Notes under the pieces: model-generated
Told to the model about the DNA's origin: nothing
Seen by the model: only the letters and a program-made list of their open reading frames with translations
Databases searched by the model: none
DNA from: Vicugna vicugna
Taxonomy: Eukaryota
Assembly: GCA_013265495.1 (NCBI GenBank)
Contig: MU058636.1
Location: 6,235,741-6,299,740, forward strand
Direction: 5' to 3'
Length of the DNA stretch: 64,000 nucleotides
In this document: positions 36,950 through 49,900 of the stretch, piece by piece
Layout of the letters: each line of letters begins with the position of its first letter
Numbering within the stretch: the stretch's first letter is position 1
Made by a program: the position numbers and the translations under genes

Positions 36950-37405
36950 CCTGGGGTATTAAAAGACTGCAATCTAGTACAGTCAATGTGACTTTGTTGT
37001 GGCTTTGGTTTTTGTCCCAGAAGAGCAGATCAGTAATAAAGTGGGAAAATGTGGTCTGGACCACATAAGTGTGGGACCGATGCACCAACTTTTTGTAGAA
37101 CCGTGATGAAGAATAATTATCAGTGGATTCCCAGCCATGATCCATCTGTGCCCAGGGTGAGAAAATATTTTCATCAAGATGCTATCTGATAAAATAGGGA
37201 GCAGCTCTTTTCACTTGTAGAGTGATCAAAACTGGGGGAAAGAGGAACAGTGAATCTTTAGTCATAAAGATCTGGATCCAAATGGCCTCGATAAGTTGAA
37301 GAAATGGTTATAATTTAATAGAACACAATCCAGCAGACAAATGCTTAGTAAAGTGGACCAAAAGGCACAAGTAACTATGACAACAAAGCAGGTGATAGAC
37401 TAGGA
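36950..37405 (+). mobile_element. L3/CR1 LINE reverse-transcriptase fragment
   Basis: aaatgtggtctggac...aatattttcatcaagat...ttgtagagtgatcaaaactgggggaa...atctggatccaaatggcctcgataagttgaagaaatgg aligns by eye to the CR1 RT region (FADDTKLG...IQxDLDRL). Confidence 0.6.
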
Positions 37406-37407
37406 GA

Positions 37408-37868
37408 CTGACTCTTAAACTTTTTGGTCTTAGGACCCTTTCATTCCCTAAAAAACTATTGTGAACTTCAAAGTGCTTTATTGGAATGGGTTGTATATAT
37501 TCAAATTAAAGCCGAGGAAAATTTTGAAATATATTTAATTCATTTTTAAATAATTCCTTTATTTACACATAACTTTTTATGTAAAATAAAATAGTGGCTG
37601 GTAAGCATGGCATTATTTTACATTTTTGCAAATCTCTTTAATGTCTGGCTTACCAGAAGATAGCTGAAGTCTCAAAGCTGGTTTTATAGTCAGCATATTG
37701 AATTATTACATGTCGTGTAGCCCCTGGAAAACTCCTCTACACTCATGAAAGATTATGAATGAAAACTTCAATTAACATCTTGGTATTAATTTGAAAATAG
37801 TTCTGAATTTGTGGACAATCTGAAATATCTCAAGGACCCCTGGGAATGTCCTTTGTAGAGAATTCACA
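37408..37868. mobile_element. hAT-Charlie DNA transposon (Charlie4a-like)
   Basis: cttaaactttttggtcttaggacccttt...ttttacatttttgcaaatctctttaatgtctggctt...tgtagcccctggaaaactcc...gaaaatagtt...ggacccc. Confidence 0.8.
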
Positions 37869-37869
37869 T

Positions 37870-38900
37870 GGAAAATGAATATGCTCACACTCCGGGTCAC
37901 CTCTGAGACTTTCATTGACATACTTCTTTTCTCAGCCTCCTTATCACCAATCCTTCAGTCTTCTTCCTTGCAAACTTCAGGCCAAGCCACAGAGTCATTA
38001 ACAGCATCCCATGAATCTATAGTTCCACACCTCTGCTCATCTCTCTTTGTTTCTAAGCAAAGCAGACAATCAGATGTATCACTTGAAATTCTGACCGCTG
38101 AGGATTTCCCTTCCCAGTCACATGTGTGGGAATATTCCTCAACTAAGGTATAAATCTGCAGCATCCCACTTCAGACTGGTTCTAGCATATTGTACAGATA
38201 TATCCCTAAATCAGGCTTGAATATTCTCTTCAGTCCCCATGATGTCATAGTTGCCGGGTGAGGGAGAGGTAGGCAGTGCAACAAAAGCAGATGCATTAAG
38301 ACTATGAGCCTTCTGATCAATGTGGCATATGGGTGCCTTCAATACCTACTTGAACGTAATTTTATAACTGATGATGACCCACTACCCAAATTTATGACTC
38401 AGTGGGTCATATATTACCCTGCATATGATGGATATTCGATTTGCATGGCCACTTGGTATCTCTGGAGCTCAATAGCAAACCAGGGGTTATTTCTTTAAAA
38501 GAGAATAAATATTCCCTTAGAAAAATACAGCTCTGCTCTGGAACTCCATGCACTGTGATTCTCCTAATGGGGTTTCCCACAAAATCCCTAGAGCATTTCA
38601 ATCTATCATAGTGAATTTTGAACGATGTTACATGCACTATGACATGAGGTCCAAGAAGTAGAGACGCTTACAATGCAGCCTGGCTTAGCTGCTCCCAAAT
38701 GTGATAAATTGTCGCCTTCAAACTCCCCAAAGCTCCTTTCTTAAGTGGTGGGAGTTTTGCAAAATATAGAAACTTGTCTTCACTTTGGATGTAATATCCT
38801 GACATGCCCTGTATTACAGGAGTACCAGAAATTTCTCTGAGATGACAGGCACATACATTTTCACTGGGTTTATAGTCCATCCTGGACAGGTATATGTCTT
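37870..38900 (-). mobile_element. ERVL internal pol relic (RT connection / RNase H)
   Basis: Minus-strand ORF 37955-38164 EGKSSAVR...IDSWDAVN echoes ERVL RNase H GEGKSSQWAEL...TDSWAVAN; cactgtgattctcctaatgggg matches ERVL-int; many stops. Confidence 0.8.
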
Positions 38901-38906
38901 ACCGGG

Positions 38907-39473
38907 TGTCTGGGGTCTATTGCTGTGTAACAAATCACTCCAAAACTTAGTGACTTAAAACAACAACAATCATTTCATTATCTCTCAAGGTTTCTGCGAG
39001 TCAAGAACGTGGGAAGGGCTTGCTGGGCAGTTCTGACTCAGAATCTCTCTCGTAGTTGCCGTCACATCATGCCTGGAACTGGAACGGGTAGGGTGCTGAA
39101 GCAGCTGGAGGGAACTCAGGGGTCTCTCTCCTCATGCAGCCTCAGGTCTCTCTGGGTGATCTTTCTATTTCCTTACAGCATCGAGTTCTTCTGCTTATAT
39201 GGCAGGTGAAGGCTTCAAGCACAAATCTTCTACTGAATAAAACGGAAATCATTTTCTCTTTTATGACCTAGCCTAATGGGGTACACAGTACCACTTCTGA
39301 TGTGCTCTCTGGTTGAAGCAGTTAGAAAAGCCTCCCTGCCCAGTTTCAGGGAAGGGAACATAGAATCGATTCTCCTTTCAGTGAGAGGAGTGTCAGAATC
39401 CCATCTTATGAAAAGTATGTGAGATTGGAGATAGTGCTCTGAAAGCCATTTGGGGAAAATACAATCTACCAAA
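38907..39473 (-). mobile_element. MaLR LTR (MLT1G-like) inserted into ERVL pol
   Basis: tctattgctgtgtaacaaatcactccaaaacttagtgacttaaaacaac...ttttatgacctagcct...gccatttggggaaaatacaatctacca. Confidence 0.88.
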
Positions 39474-40200
39474 TCAGGTATCAAGAGCATCTACTAATTC
39501 TTGCTGAAAAAGAGCTGTAGCATGATAACACTAATACAGAGGACCAGGGTGAAACAGAATGATGAGATGATGATGGATTAGATTATGACGGGCAGCAGGA
39601 GAGGCTGGCTTTGCCCTTTCAAGTGTACTACTTTGCTTCCAGTAGTCTCTGTTTATTAGAATAGTTTTTTTAAAGCATCTTCCAGAAGAATAGCTGCATA
39701 GCACGTACAGGGCAGTGGCGATTTGTTTTACAAAATAGACTACACTTAGAACAGTAAGTATAATCTGAATCACCACCGGATGGGTTTTACAACAGTCCCC
39801 TAGCATTCTCCTAGACCCTTTCATCTTCTGCATGGAGAAATATGTGCCTTACTTGGGAATAAAATATCATTCTCTGAATATTTTGTGTCTCTGTATGAGG
39901 CACTAATGTCTGTTGCAATTCACCTTGAAATGCAGTACTGCTTATGTACAACTTTTTTAGTCAGAGGTGCAGTTCCAGAGTCTTATGTTTGGCCCTCCAT
40001 CCCATAATAGCCTTCACTCTCCTCATCAGAGAGTTATTCTGGGGAATCTGCCAGCAGCCAAATTTGTCCGTTGCAATGATGCCTTCAGGAACCAGAGACA
40101 TAACTATAGTACAGAAAGTGTACGAGGACATGGGACCCACTGCGAGACAGCTGGGGGCCAACTCCACTTGACCCCTGATCTCCAAAAGCCCCCACAATAG
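39474..40200 (-). mobile_element. ERVL internal pro-pol relic (protease / RT N-terminus)
   Basis: ORF 39961-40197 ...LAVGP...SLVPEGIIATDKFGCWQIP...VKAIMGWRAKHKTLELHL resembles ERVL LTVGP...SPVPECIIGIDILSSWQNP...VRAIMVGKAKWKPLELPL. Confidence 0.82.
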
Positions 40201-41259
40201 GACTCTGAGTCTTAAGGGATTTACATAATTCAGAGTTGGTAGTCAATAATGCCCACAATTTCATGGTATTTATTTCCCCAACTCAAGAGTTTTTCTGATA
40301 AATGGCTGTAGATCTCTTTGAGAACACAGAAGGAAATTTGTATAATACATAATTATTCCAATGTCTTATATTCTTTCTGCAAGAATTTGAACTGGTTCAT
40401 GTGTGGAAATTAAGAGAGCGACCACGACTTTGACTCATGTAATTCAAATCACACCTTCGTTTCCAGATTTAGATTCTTTTGTTTGTTTATTTTAATTAAG
40501 CCCAACTTTACAAGCTACCCCATTTGCTAGAGTTCCAGGGATCCCATGCTCAATTAACCATGACAAAGACACTTATGGGTCAAACTATTGCGATTAGCCT
40601 ACTTATTTCAGCGACAGATAACCGTTTTCTGGTGACTAGTTACTGCCGCTGGGACTCTGCCAACTGGAGATCCCATCCTGCTCCGGGAACCAGTTTCAAA
40701 GCCAGGATCTCTACTAGAGGAATTTGTTCCCTAGCATTTTTCAGAAATAGTCCTTACATGGCTAATACATATTTCAGTCCTTTGTCAAGGGAGTGTCCTT
40801 GGGGCCCTTTAGAGGCACGTGGTAAAGGTGAAGATGAAAGAGTCTCAGAGCAAACCTCAGAAATTCCTATCCCCTCAGTCTTTGGATTCCTCCTCTACAC
40901 TATCTAGGGCATTTCTGGTATTTCAACTTCATTTAGTGAAGGCATTATTGAAACTAACAGGAAACAGAAAAAGGTAGAGTTTCAGCCCAAGACTGTTTAA
41001 CAACAGGCTCCCAGCAGCCACAGACCTATCCCATGATTAATTCTCAAGGGTGTTTTATGTACTGTAAAACTTGGTAAACCAAGAATTAAATTTTCTAGAT
41101 TCTTTTGAGGCTAAGATTCAGAATATTAATTGAATACATTTGTGCTGACTAGTAGCATCTATGCAAAATTTAAAGGAAGGGAGGATGAAAGTAGATTATC
41201 AACTATATCCAGTAAAAACGCTAGTTACAAGCAAGTATCAAAATAAAATGAGCCTACAC

Positions 41260-41522
41260 CTAGACCTTTGAAACACTATCAAAAAGTATAAAACCAAGAT
41301 TTTCCAAATTTTCAAAGCACACAGAGCAAAAAGTGAGAAAGTTTTCCTGCAGTGTTAATAAAAGAAATATCCTTTGTAAGGTTTTTTTTTCTATCTGTTT
41401 GGTAATATGCATACTAGTGTAGTAGTACAAAGAATTTATAACATAAATGTGAAGAGAAAGAATATTTGCCTTAAGAAATTCACTGATGGAGTGTGCATTC
41501 AAGAAGTTTGAATGCCACTGAT
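41260..41522. mobile_element. hAT-Charlie-like DNA transposon fragment
   Basis: terminal ctgatggagtgtgcattcaagaagtttgaatgccactg resembles a hAT TIR end (…cactg); AT-rich body. Confidence 0.4.
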
Positions 41523-43144
41523 CTAGGGGAAGGGGCACTAAGCCAAAAGTTATGTACAGTACTCTAGTTTAAAAAGCAAGCAAAGCTCACGCATATTTCA
41601 TAAATACATGTAACATATGGTAGAAAAAACACGCCCACACACAGACACACACATATACACACACACATACATATTATGGAAGTGCGGCATTGTTAGACTA
41701 TTTAGTGCCAACAGCCCAACTTTAAAGCCCTCACGAGATATACACATACAGCTCTTACTTATATACTTTGAAAATCATTTGTTTCCATTCACTGGAGCTG
41801 TGATTTTGGAACCACTGCCATGACAACAATATAAGTTAGGAGAACATTTGTCAGTGCTCTCCTTCAAAAGAGATTTGAAAGATGTGTGTAATGGATGTGA
41901 TGAACAATGGACCACAAAGACCAGGTGAAGCTCATCAGACGCACTTCAAATCCTGCATTAGGTTTTCAGTCAGATTTCTAAATATGCAAGACCCTTCTTA
42001 CTGAACCAAAGGGCTTAATCTCAAAGATGAATGTTTCTAACTCTCATTCTACATCCTATGGTCTTGTGATGGATAGAACAACAGAAGTTCTGAAGTTATT
42101 TCTGTAAAAATAATTCTAGAAAGCTTCTAAGGAAAGAATGCAGATCTTTTACATTAAATCAATTACATCAATGGATATTAGACAAGGCCAGGTGATTTTC
42201 GTAAGAAACATATATTACCTAATAGTATTGCATTGAGACAGTGCACATAACACAAAAAATGTAATACCATGTACAGTACTTTTCAATAGCCCTTCTTATT
42301 TTCTTAAAATTTAATTGAAATTGCTGAATAGCAAAAGCAGATCTATTTTTGCCTGAGCCATATTTGTAAAAGTCACAATTCAATAAGGATACTTTACCCT
42401 GAATCCCTTATTCCTCAAAAGTTATATATTTTTTCCCAGAAAGTTTCATCACCCTATCAGAGCAGAGATGATGAATACTAGAACATAAAATCATCAACCA
42501 AAATAACCTCATGTAGAGATACGCAAGTAGTCATAGGATATGGATATTGAATGATTAGGAATTATGAATATCTAAAATATTTTTAACAGACTCTTTCCAA
42601 TTTTTTCCCAACTAGATTGCTTCTTAAAAGTTCAATGAAAAACTAAACTAAAATAAAGAACTGCATCTGTTAATCTAAAATAAATCAGATACACTGAAAA
42701 TTTAGACTAGTGCAAGACCACATAAGTGGTACAGGTGTCTCCTTAGAGATAATTCACTATCTAGAAACCTATGGAAACATGTTTCTCAAGACATTTATTG
42801 TTCATAAGACAATAACCACTTCTACACATCTGAATATTGCTCACTCTGAGATATGATTCTTTGAACCAGTGTGGAAAATTTGCAAACTATACATTTCAGT
42901 CAGCCTCTAGACTAGTCTTATTTTTTTGCTCCAACACTGTCTTTTATTGTACAATGTGAATTACACAAATAGCATATATTTGAGTAATAAGAGGCTTTAT
43001 TAGGAGAAAAGTACCTTAATCGTACCTTATCTTGAACACTGCAATTAATCTGAATTCAGAACTGCCCTTCTCTGCCAGTGATGATATGTTTCTAACCCTA
43101 GAAGGTTAAGGACTCTGTTTTCTCCTATATTTTTCCATGGATGA

Positions 43145-43405
43145 TAATGATAACAAGGCAACAGCAACCCAACATTCTTATTCAGTGCTTACTAGGTGGT
43201 GCCAAATGTTTTAGTGATTTCATGTATTATCTCATTAACTCTCAGAATAACTCTAGGAGGCAGGTATTATTTTAAGGCTCTGTTACAGGTGAGGAAGTGA
43301 AGGCTAAAGAAAGGTTAAGCAAATTACCCACAGTCAAACAGCTGTAAGTGTCAGACATGCACTTTGAGCTGTCTGACCCAAAGCCTGTGCTCTTAGCCAC
43401 TCTGT
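43145..43405 (-). mobile_element. Near full-length MIR SINE
   Basis: ttattcagtgcttact...tattatctcattaactctcagaataactctaggaggcaggtatt...ttacaggtgaggaagtgaaggct...cccacagtcaaacagct...aaagcctgtgctcttagccact. Confidence 0.88.
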
Positions 43406-45704
43406 CACGTTGTGCTTCCTAGAAATGAAATGTCATGTCTGATCCCAAGGAGAGAACAGCTCACTATGGAGCCTGGTGTTCACCTCGGATTCATTTTCTC
43501 TTCTATACAGTTCTAAGAAGCACATGGAAGGTCCTGGCTGAGTTCTTTCCAGACCTCTCACGCTTCTCTTGATGAGTGATTACAGAGACTGTGACTCACT
43601 TTCCCTCTATCGTCTTGCAAATGGGGTGTATGGGACATAAGGACATCCAGATTCCAGACCTTCTATCCAAGGCTCATGCAGGCCCTGGGATGAGGAAATT
43701 CTGGGGACGGCCAGGATATTGGGGAAAATAAAGAAAACATATAGTACTTTTTATCTCAGGTAGAAGTGGACAGAATGATAGTCTTTAATAAATTGTTTAT
43801 ATAACATACATTTATGATGTAAACTTGATCTATAAAAATAATGAATTATCAAAAATAAAGTGATATGTACAAAGAAATTCCATTAAAAATTCCCTTTGAA
43901 CATCTAAAATAAGATTTACCTATGAATATTATTCATTGAACAAATAATTTCCAGTATTTTTAAAGTGATAGGATATTATTTGTTTGCCAATGTCAGAAAC
44001 ATGTTTATTTTATAAATAAGAATCCCTTATATTTACTAACTCAACCCAAGTAGACTTTTTTATTACCAATTTACAATACTTGTATATTTAATCATGAAAA
44101 GATAAGAGAATTTTTAAATAGAATTTTTCTCGGTGATTTGCAAGGAATTCAGGTAGGGATACCTATGAAAAGTATGAGGCCATTTTCTAGTTTTCAGTGC
44201 AATATATATAAATAAGATAAAAGTAATCAGTCAATAAGGTTTGTTACTAAATAAAAGAAGTTAAATGGAAAGGAAATATTAAATCTTTCTTGAATCAGAG
44301 TAACACCATTTGGTAGGTGGTATTGATTAAAAATAAACATTTTGTTTTATATTTTTCTTGAATTTGTCAATAATGTGTACAATATCTAAAAATGTATTTT
44401 CACATAAAAGTCTTCTCTATTGCATTGTCTTCATTATCAAACTTCACATAATTAGCAAATCAATGTTTGATGTTATAATAAAATAATTTTTTTTTTTTTA
44501 GAATTCACATTAAGACCAGAGTTTGGACTTTTTCTTGAATGAAGTTGTCAGAAGAAATCCCACCCATCTGATTTAATTCTTCCTTTTCAGCACCGTGTCA
44601 TTCTGGAATGGCAATCCTGACCAACATCTCAACATTATACAGGTCTATGATTGTCATTGTGTCATAAAAGCAAGGCTTTAGTTAGACCTTCCCCATTTCA
44701 AATATGCATGTTCTTCAGGAAAAATGATAGTCGTCCTTAGCAAACTTAGTCCCACTGAAAATGATTCTATAAAGGACGTAAGAAAAATTTAGAGATGTGG
44801 AGGATTGTGCAAAGTGAACAGAAACATAAAATAGTCCAGTGGGCAGAGAAATCCTGGGCTATAGGATGCAAGTGTGGCTAGAACCACAACAGGTGACATA
44901 CTGCTTCACCCCCCTCTCATTTGGCTCATCTTTCATGTACATTTTCACTGTATCAGTTCATGATGTACTGACACCACTTTTGCTATTTTTCTCTTTCTTG
45001 TTCATCTCTAAGACAATCATCAATAGCAAGGATGCAGGTACAGTTTTAGCTTAAGAAAATTACTTGAAATAAAGTTTTTAAAATCCAAAGGGTGAAAGTA
45101 TTTTCAATCTCTATAAAATCAAATGGAAAGCCATTTTTTAAGTGAATTTTCCTAGGGTGCAGTAAAATATTTCCAAATCATGCAATGACCTTAAGAAGTC
45201 TAAGCAGTTGCTAGCTGATGGGTAACTGCTTTCAGTGGGGCAGTGCAATGGGCATTTATCTCACTGGAAAGCATTTTTTCAAAATAAGGGCTGAGCCCAC
45301 ATTTCCTCTCTCTGGAATTCCTTTAAAGCTATAAAAGCAGCTCATCTACATTATCAAGAATGTTACTAAAATAAGACATCTTCTAAGTCTCTCTCATCAA
45401 TTACTGCCAAAGTGATTGTCTCATTTTGGTCACCTTGTCAAAGAAATTTGAGCAGATTAGTTTCCATTTTCTGCAAAAAAAATGCTCTACCTCATGACAC
45501 ACTTCAAGTTAGTTCTCCCAGTTACTCCACTGGAAGTGCATTCTTCTCTACAATACAAAACAAAGAGGACAGGCTCTGAGGCTGAAAAACAAAATTCTTT
45601 TCTACAGTAACCAGGGTCCATTATATACACCAGAAATGTAGCAACAAGATGAAAATAATGTTCTCAGTATCACTCACAGTTCTTAACGTTTTGTTGAAAT
45701 ACTG

Positions 45705-45890
45705 TATGGAACAGGGCCTTGAATTGGGGTTCTGTGACCTAGGTTAAATATCTAACCCATGCTGAGCCTTGGTTTCCACTCATAGATAGGTAATAACAGA
45801 ATGTGATAAATAATCCATGGTTACTGAGGGGAGCAAATAATATGTGTAGAAACTTTAGTAAATTATGAACGTACTCAAGTTATTATGAAG
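45705..45890 (+). mobile_element. MIR SINE
   Basis: ctgtgacctaggttaaatatctaacc...ctgagccttggtttcc...tactgaggggagcaaataatatgtgtagaaacttt. Confidence 0.55.
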
Positions 45891-46514
45891 TGCCATTAAT
45901 GCAGTGATGACCATGTAACTAACTCTGCAGTGCAGCAAAAACAAACACGTGTCTGATACTGTTTGTGGACCATTAAGAGGCTATTGCAGAATTAAGTTTG
46001 AAAGAGGAAAATCATCCCTCAGTACTTAGAAAAAGACACGCATGTAGTTTTACACTTATGGTATACAAGTACCCTACTGACTTTAAAGTCACTACAAAAA
46101 AAAATTATTTTTAAACCACTCTGTGTGCTGGATGCTGAGGGCACTGAGGACATCCACATAAATCAGACACCCAGGTCAGTGCCCTCCACTGCTCACATTC
46201 TGTCCAAAGAGCTCACAATCTTCTGTTTCTTCTTTTAGATACAATGTCAGCAAAGTTATGAAAGCCAAGAGGACATGAAAAAAACAAGGCTAAACTGAAA
46301 TAATCATTCATCTGGCAGAAATTTGGACTGTAAAGGGAACTATCTAATGCAAACAGAAGCCTGTATTTTGATCAGATTTAAACAGATAATGAAGTTCCTC
46401 TCCACAGAGAAATGAACAAACCCTGAAGGAGTATTGTTGTCAACAAAGCTGCTGAAATTCAAGAACTCTGTATAGCTTGGAAGGGCTTCTGACTATTGAA
46501 AACTCCTTCCATTG

Positions 46515-46987
46515 TGTGCTAGCTTTCTAGCGCTGCCGTGACAAATTACCACAAATCGGGTGGCTTAAAACAACAAAAAAAGTATTATTCAGAGTTCTGG
46601 AGGCTAGAAGTCAAACCAAGATATTGGCAGGGTCATGTCCCCACTGAAGGCTTTAGGGAAGACTCCTTCCTTGTGTCTCCCTAGTTTCTGGGGGCTCCTG
46701 GCTGTCCTTGGCATTCTTTGGCGTGTAGATGCATCAGTGCGATCTCTGCCTTCGGGTTCGCATGGCCTTCTTACCTTCTTACATTCTCTGTGTCTCTGTA
46801 TCCAAGTCTCCCTCTCCTGTCTCTTATACAAATGCCAGTTACTGGGTTCAGGTCCCATTCTCATTCAGTATGACCTTATCTTGTTTACAAGTGCAAAAAC
46901 TGTATTTCCAAATAAGGCGACATTCACAGGTACTGGGAACTATGACTTGAATGCATCTTTTAAGGGGACATTTCAACTCATGGTACA
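46515..46987 (-). mobile_element. MaLR LTR (MLT1C-like)
   Basis: tgtgctagctttctagcgctgccgtgacaaattaccacaaatcgggtggcttaaaacaac...tatttccaaataaggcgacattcacaggtactggg...ggggacatttcaactc. Confidence 0.9.
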
Positions 46988-49900
46988 TAGCAAAAGAAGG
47001 AATCTACTCAAGCCTGAAATTTTGGGGACTAATGTATAAAACAATGTGAAATAAGAATTGATGATTAAGTACTAAGTTAGACTGACACGTGTTCCTTGAA
47101 ACTTGGCTTTATTCTGAGTATATAGCCTTTCAGAAAAACAGTATATATTATTTACCTTTATATCCACAGAAAATATTAAAATGTTGAGAGAAAACATTTC
47201 ATTAAATTCATTCAATGTGAACAAAATAATAGTTAAAATAAAGAATACAATAAATAAGTTTAGTCAGCTATATCCCATGAAAATGGAAATTTATGACTCA
47301 GAAAATACTATCCCAGAAATCCCCAGGAAATGATACAGAGATAAAATTCAAAAGAAAAACACAGATAAAAAAATTGAAAGAGTGTCAACATCCAGAAGAT
47401 TGAAATAAGTCCTCCAAGGAAAGGAAAAATCCATGTGTATATAAAAATATTTGTAAATTTTGACAAGTCTTGATTTCTACCTCAGTGGTAGAGTATCAAA
47501 GATTGTTTGAGCTGATGTCCATTCGTTGTGTGTGCATTACAACTAATTCTAAACACAATTCAGCTTGATCAATCTCTTATTGTACTCAGAGATGTTTTCT
47601 TTGTTTTTGTTTGTTTGTTTTTGTTTTGGGGTTTTTTTTTGTTTCATTTTGTTTTACCAAGAGACTGCACTACACCAGAATTTATATTCAATAATTTTAT
47701 CTTCAATATTGAAATGTTTAAATTTACAATAAAATTTACAGTAATTGGAGGTGTTTTATCTTCTTTTTAATGACCACTCAGAGCTTTATTTTGATGCATA
47801 AATTGGTTGAAAATATTGAGCTATAATTAGAATTAATTTGACTGATTTTTCTATTTGAAACATTTGATGGCACTGATATAAAACTCACATCACTCAGTTG
47901 TTTGTTAAGTTCTTCTTCTAAAAATACAGCCAATTTGCAAAGAGCTATCTTTTACTTTTCATGCATACAAAGGAAACCATAGAACCTAAAGTGAGTAAAA
48001 TAAATTTAGAGGAACAATCATTTGATCTGAATGAAAAATCATGCGATGAAAATTAAACACACTTCCTGAAACTGTTCATGTTAAATTATCATCCTTGGGC
48101 ATTAAAAAATATATATCAATTTTTGAAGTATATATTGTTCCTTCTGTAGGAAATTTTTATCTTCTGGTTTTCTTGTAGTTAGTGATATCACTATGACACC
48201 CATAACAGATGGCAAATGTTCACAAATATTTTGCTTAAGTCACACAGTTATTATCACTCTCTTGGGAAATAGGAAGTCAGTACTTCATTTTAACAAAACA
48301 TACGTTTTCATTTTTCTTTTAGCACTTTGCTGTCAAAAAAAGTATTACAAATAATGAGAAGCAGTTATAGAATTATACCTTAGAATTATTGACAAAACCA
48401 CCAAAGCAAGTGTGTTCAGACTGTGTTTGATACACTCAACTGCAGAACTTCTCAGCCTCTATTTCCCAGACACTTTTCATGTACACCCAGATCGTAACTT
48501 CCCATGTTTTTAACTGACTCCAACTGACTCTACCAACTGGCAGCCTGGTGTCTTCATACATCTCACAGGGAATGGCACAGGCCACAACACAGCTTGCTTC
48601 CCCCACCACCATCTAAGCACTTTCCAATGTCCAAGTACGCTTCCTTTTATCAGTAAGTGACTTGTTTGCTGTCTGTAAAATGGAAGAGTTAACTGAGCGC
48701 ATCTGGAAAGATCTGGGAAAAACCATGGATCATGTTCTCAATTCAGCCATGTGTTAAATTGAGAATTCTGTTTTCTGTACACAACTCTCATATATTACAA
48801 GCTGACACCAGCTGGAAAGACACAATGAGGGTCTATCAAACCCATCCAGGATTATTCTAATACACCTTTAAATAATAATACTATGTTTTAAAATAATAAA
48901 TCCATAATGAACACTAGACAGGATGATGTGGGGCAACAGATTACACTTGTGATCATAGGATGTCTGGTTACCGTATGTTTAAGTTTCATATAATAATTTA
49001 ATACTAAAGATACCAAAGAGGCTTAAAGTTTTAACATAAAATTGAACAAGAGAGCTGTGAACATCATCAACCCCTCCTGCTGGAAGATGAGATGAGTCCC
49101 AGCTGCCCCCTGGTTACATTTTATTTTATTGCAGAAGTTTCTGAAAAGAAATAAGCATCACTTAAAAACTACCAACTCAAAAATGGCAAATCTCACAGTA
49201 CCAGGGACTAATTTTAAAATAATATTTTGAAATAAAAGAACTCTTATTTCAGGACAGCAGGTTGAGAACAGAAGTATTAACCATTTAGTAATTCTAAGGC
49301 ATCCAAAAGTAAACATGTTTTAGGTTGGCTATCGATTTTGTTAAAACTGAGACTGGAGATTTTCTGTGTATCTTGGAGTTCATACAGGAAAATCTGGAGT
49401 ACGAAGATCTCATTTGTCAATTCCTATCAGAGATGTTAGAATTGTGGTTACTTGACAGGTTTTATAATCCAAAACACCAAAATTTGCACTTCAAATTTCT
49501 AATTCAACATAATAGACGTAGGATAGAACATGTGCTGTTATTACAACAATAAAATCTGTTTACTAACTAAAGGTAAAAGAAAACCAAAGTGAGTTTGCTG
49601 AGATCAGTAGTTGACCAATTTTTAAACCCAGATCACTTTGAGGTCATCGAGTTTGTTCCCATGAATCTCTTGCTACATGGGCTTCAGAGAACAGTGCATA
49701 CCCATGAGTCCCTGAGGCGCTTTGAAACTGAAAGGTGGTCTATTGCTGGGACAAGTCTAGACAGAGACAATTAGGGCATGCAAAGCTGAAACCTTACAGA
49801 TTCTTAAAATTTTTATTTCTTTTTGAGTAATTTTTGATTCTTGCTTAGTTTCATCATTAAAAAGTTTGTCTTTAAGTTAAGGTGCTGTAGCTCCCAAGAG

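Noticed and set aside
37870..40200. Domesticated ERVL-derived gene
   Set aside because: pro-pol is riddled with stops and frameshifts and is split by an MLT1G insertion
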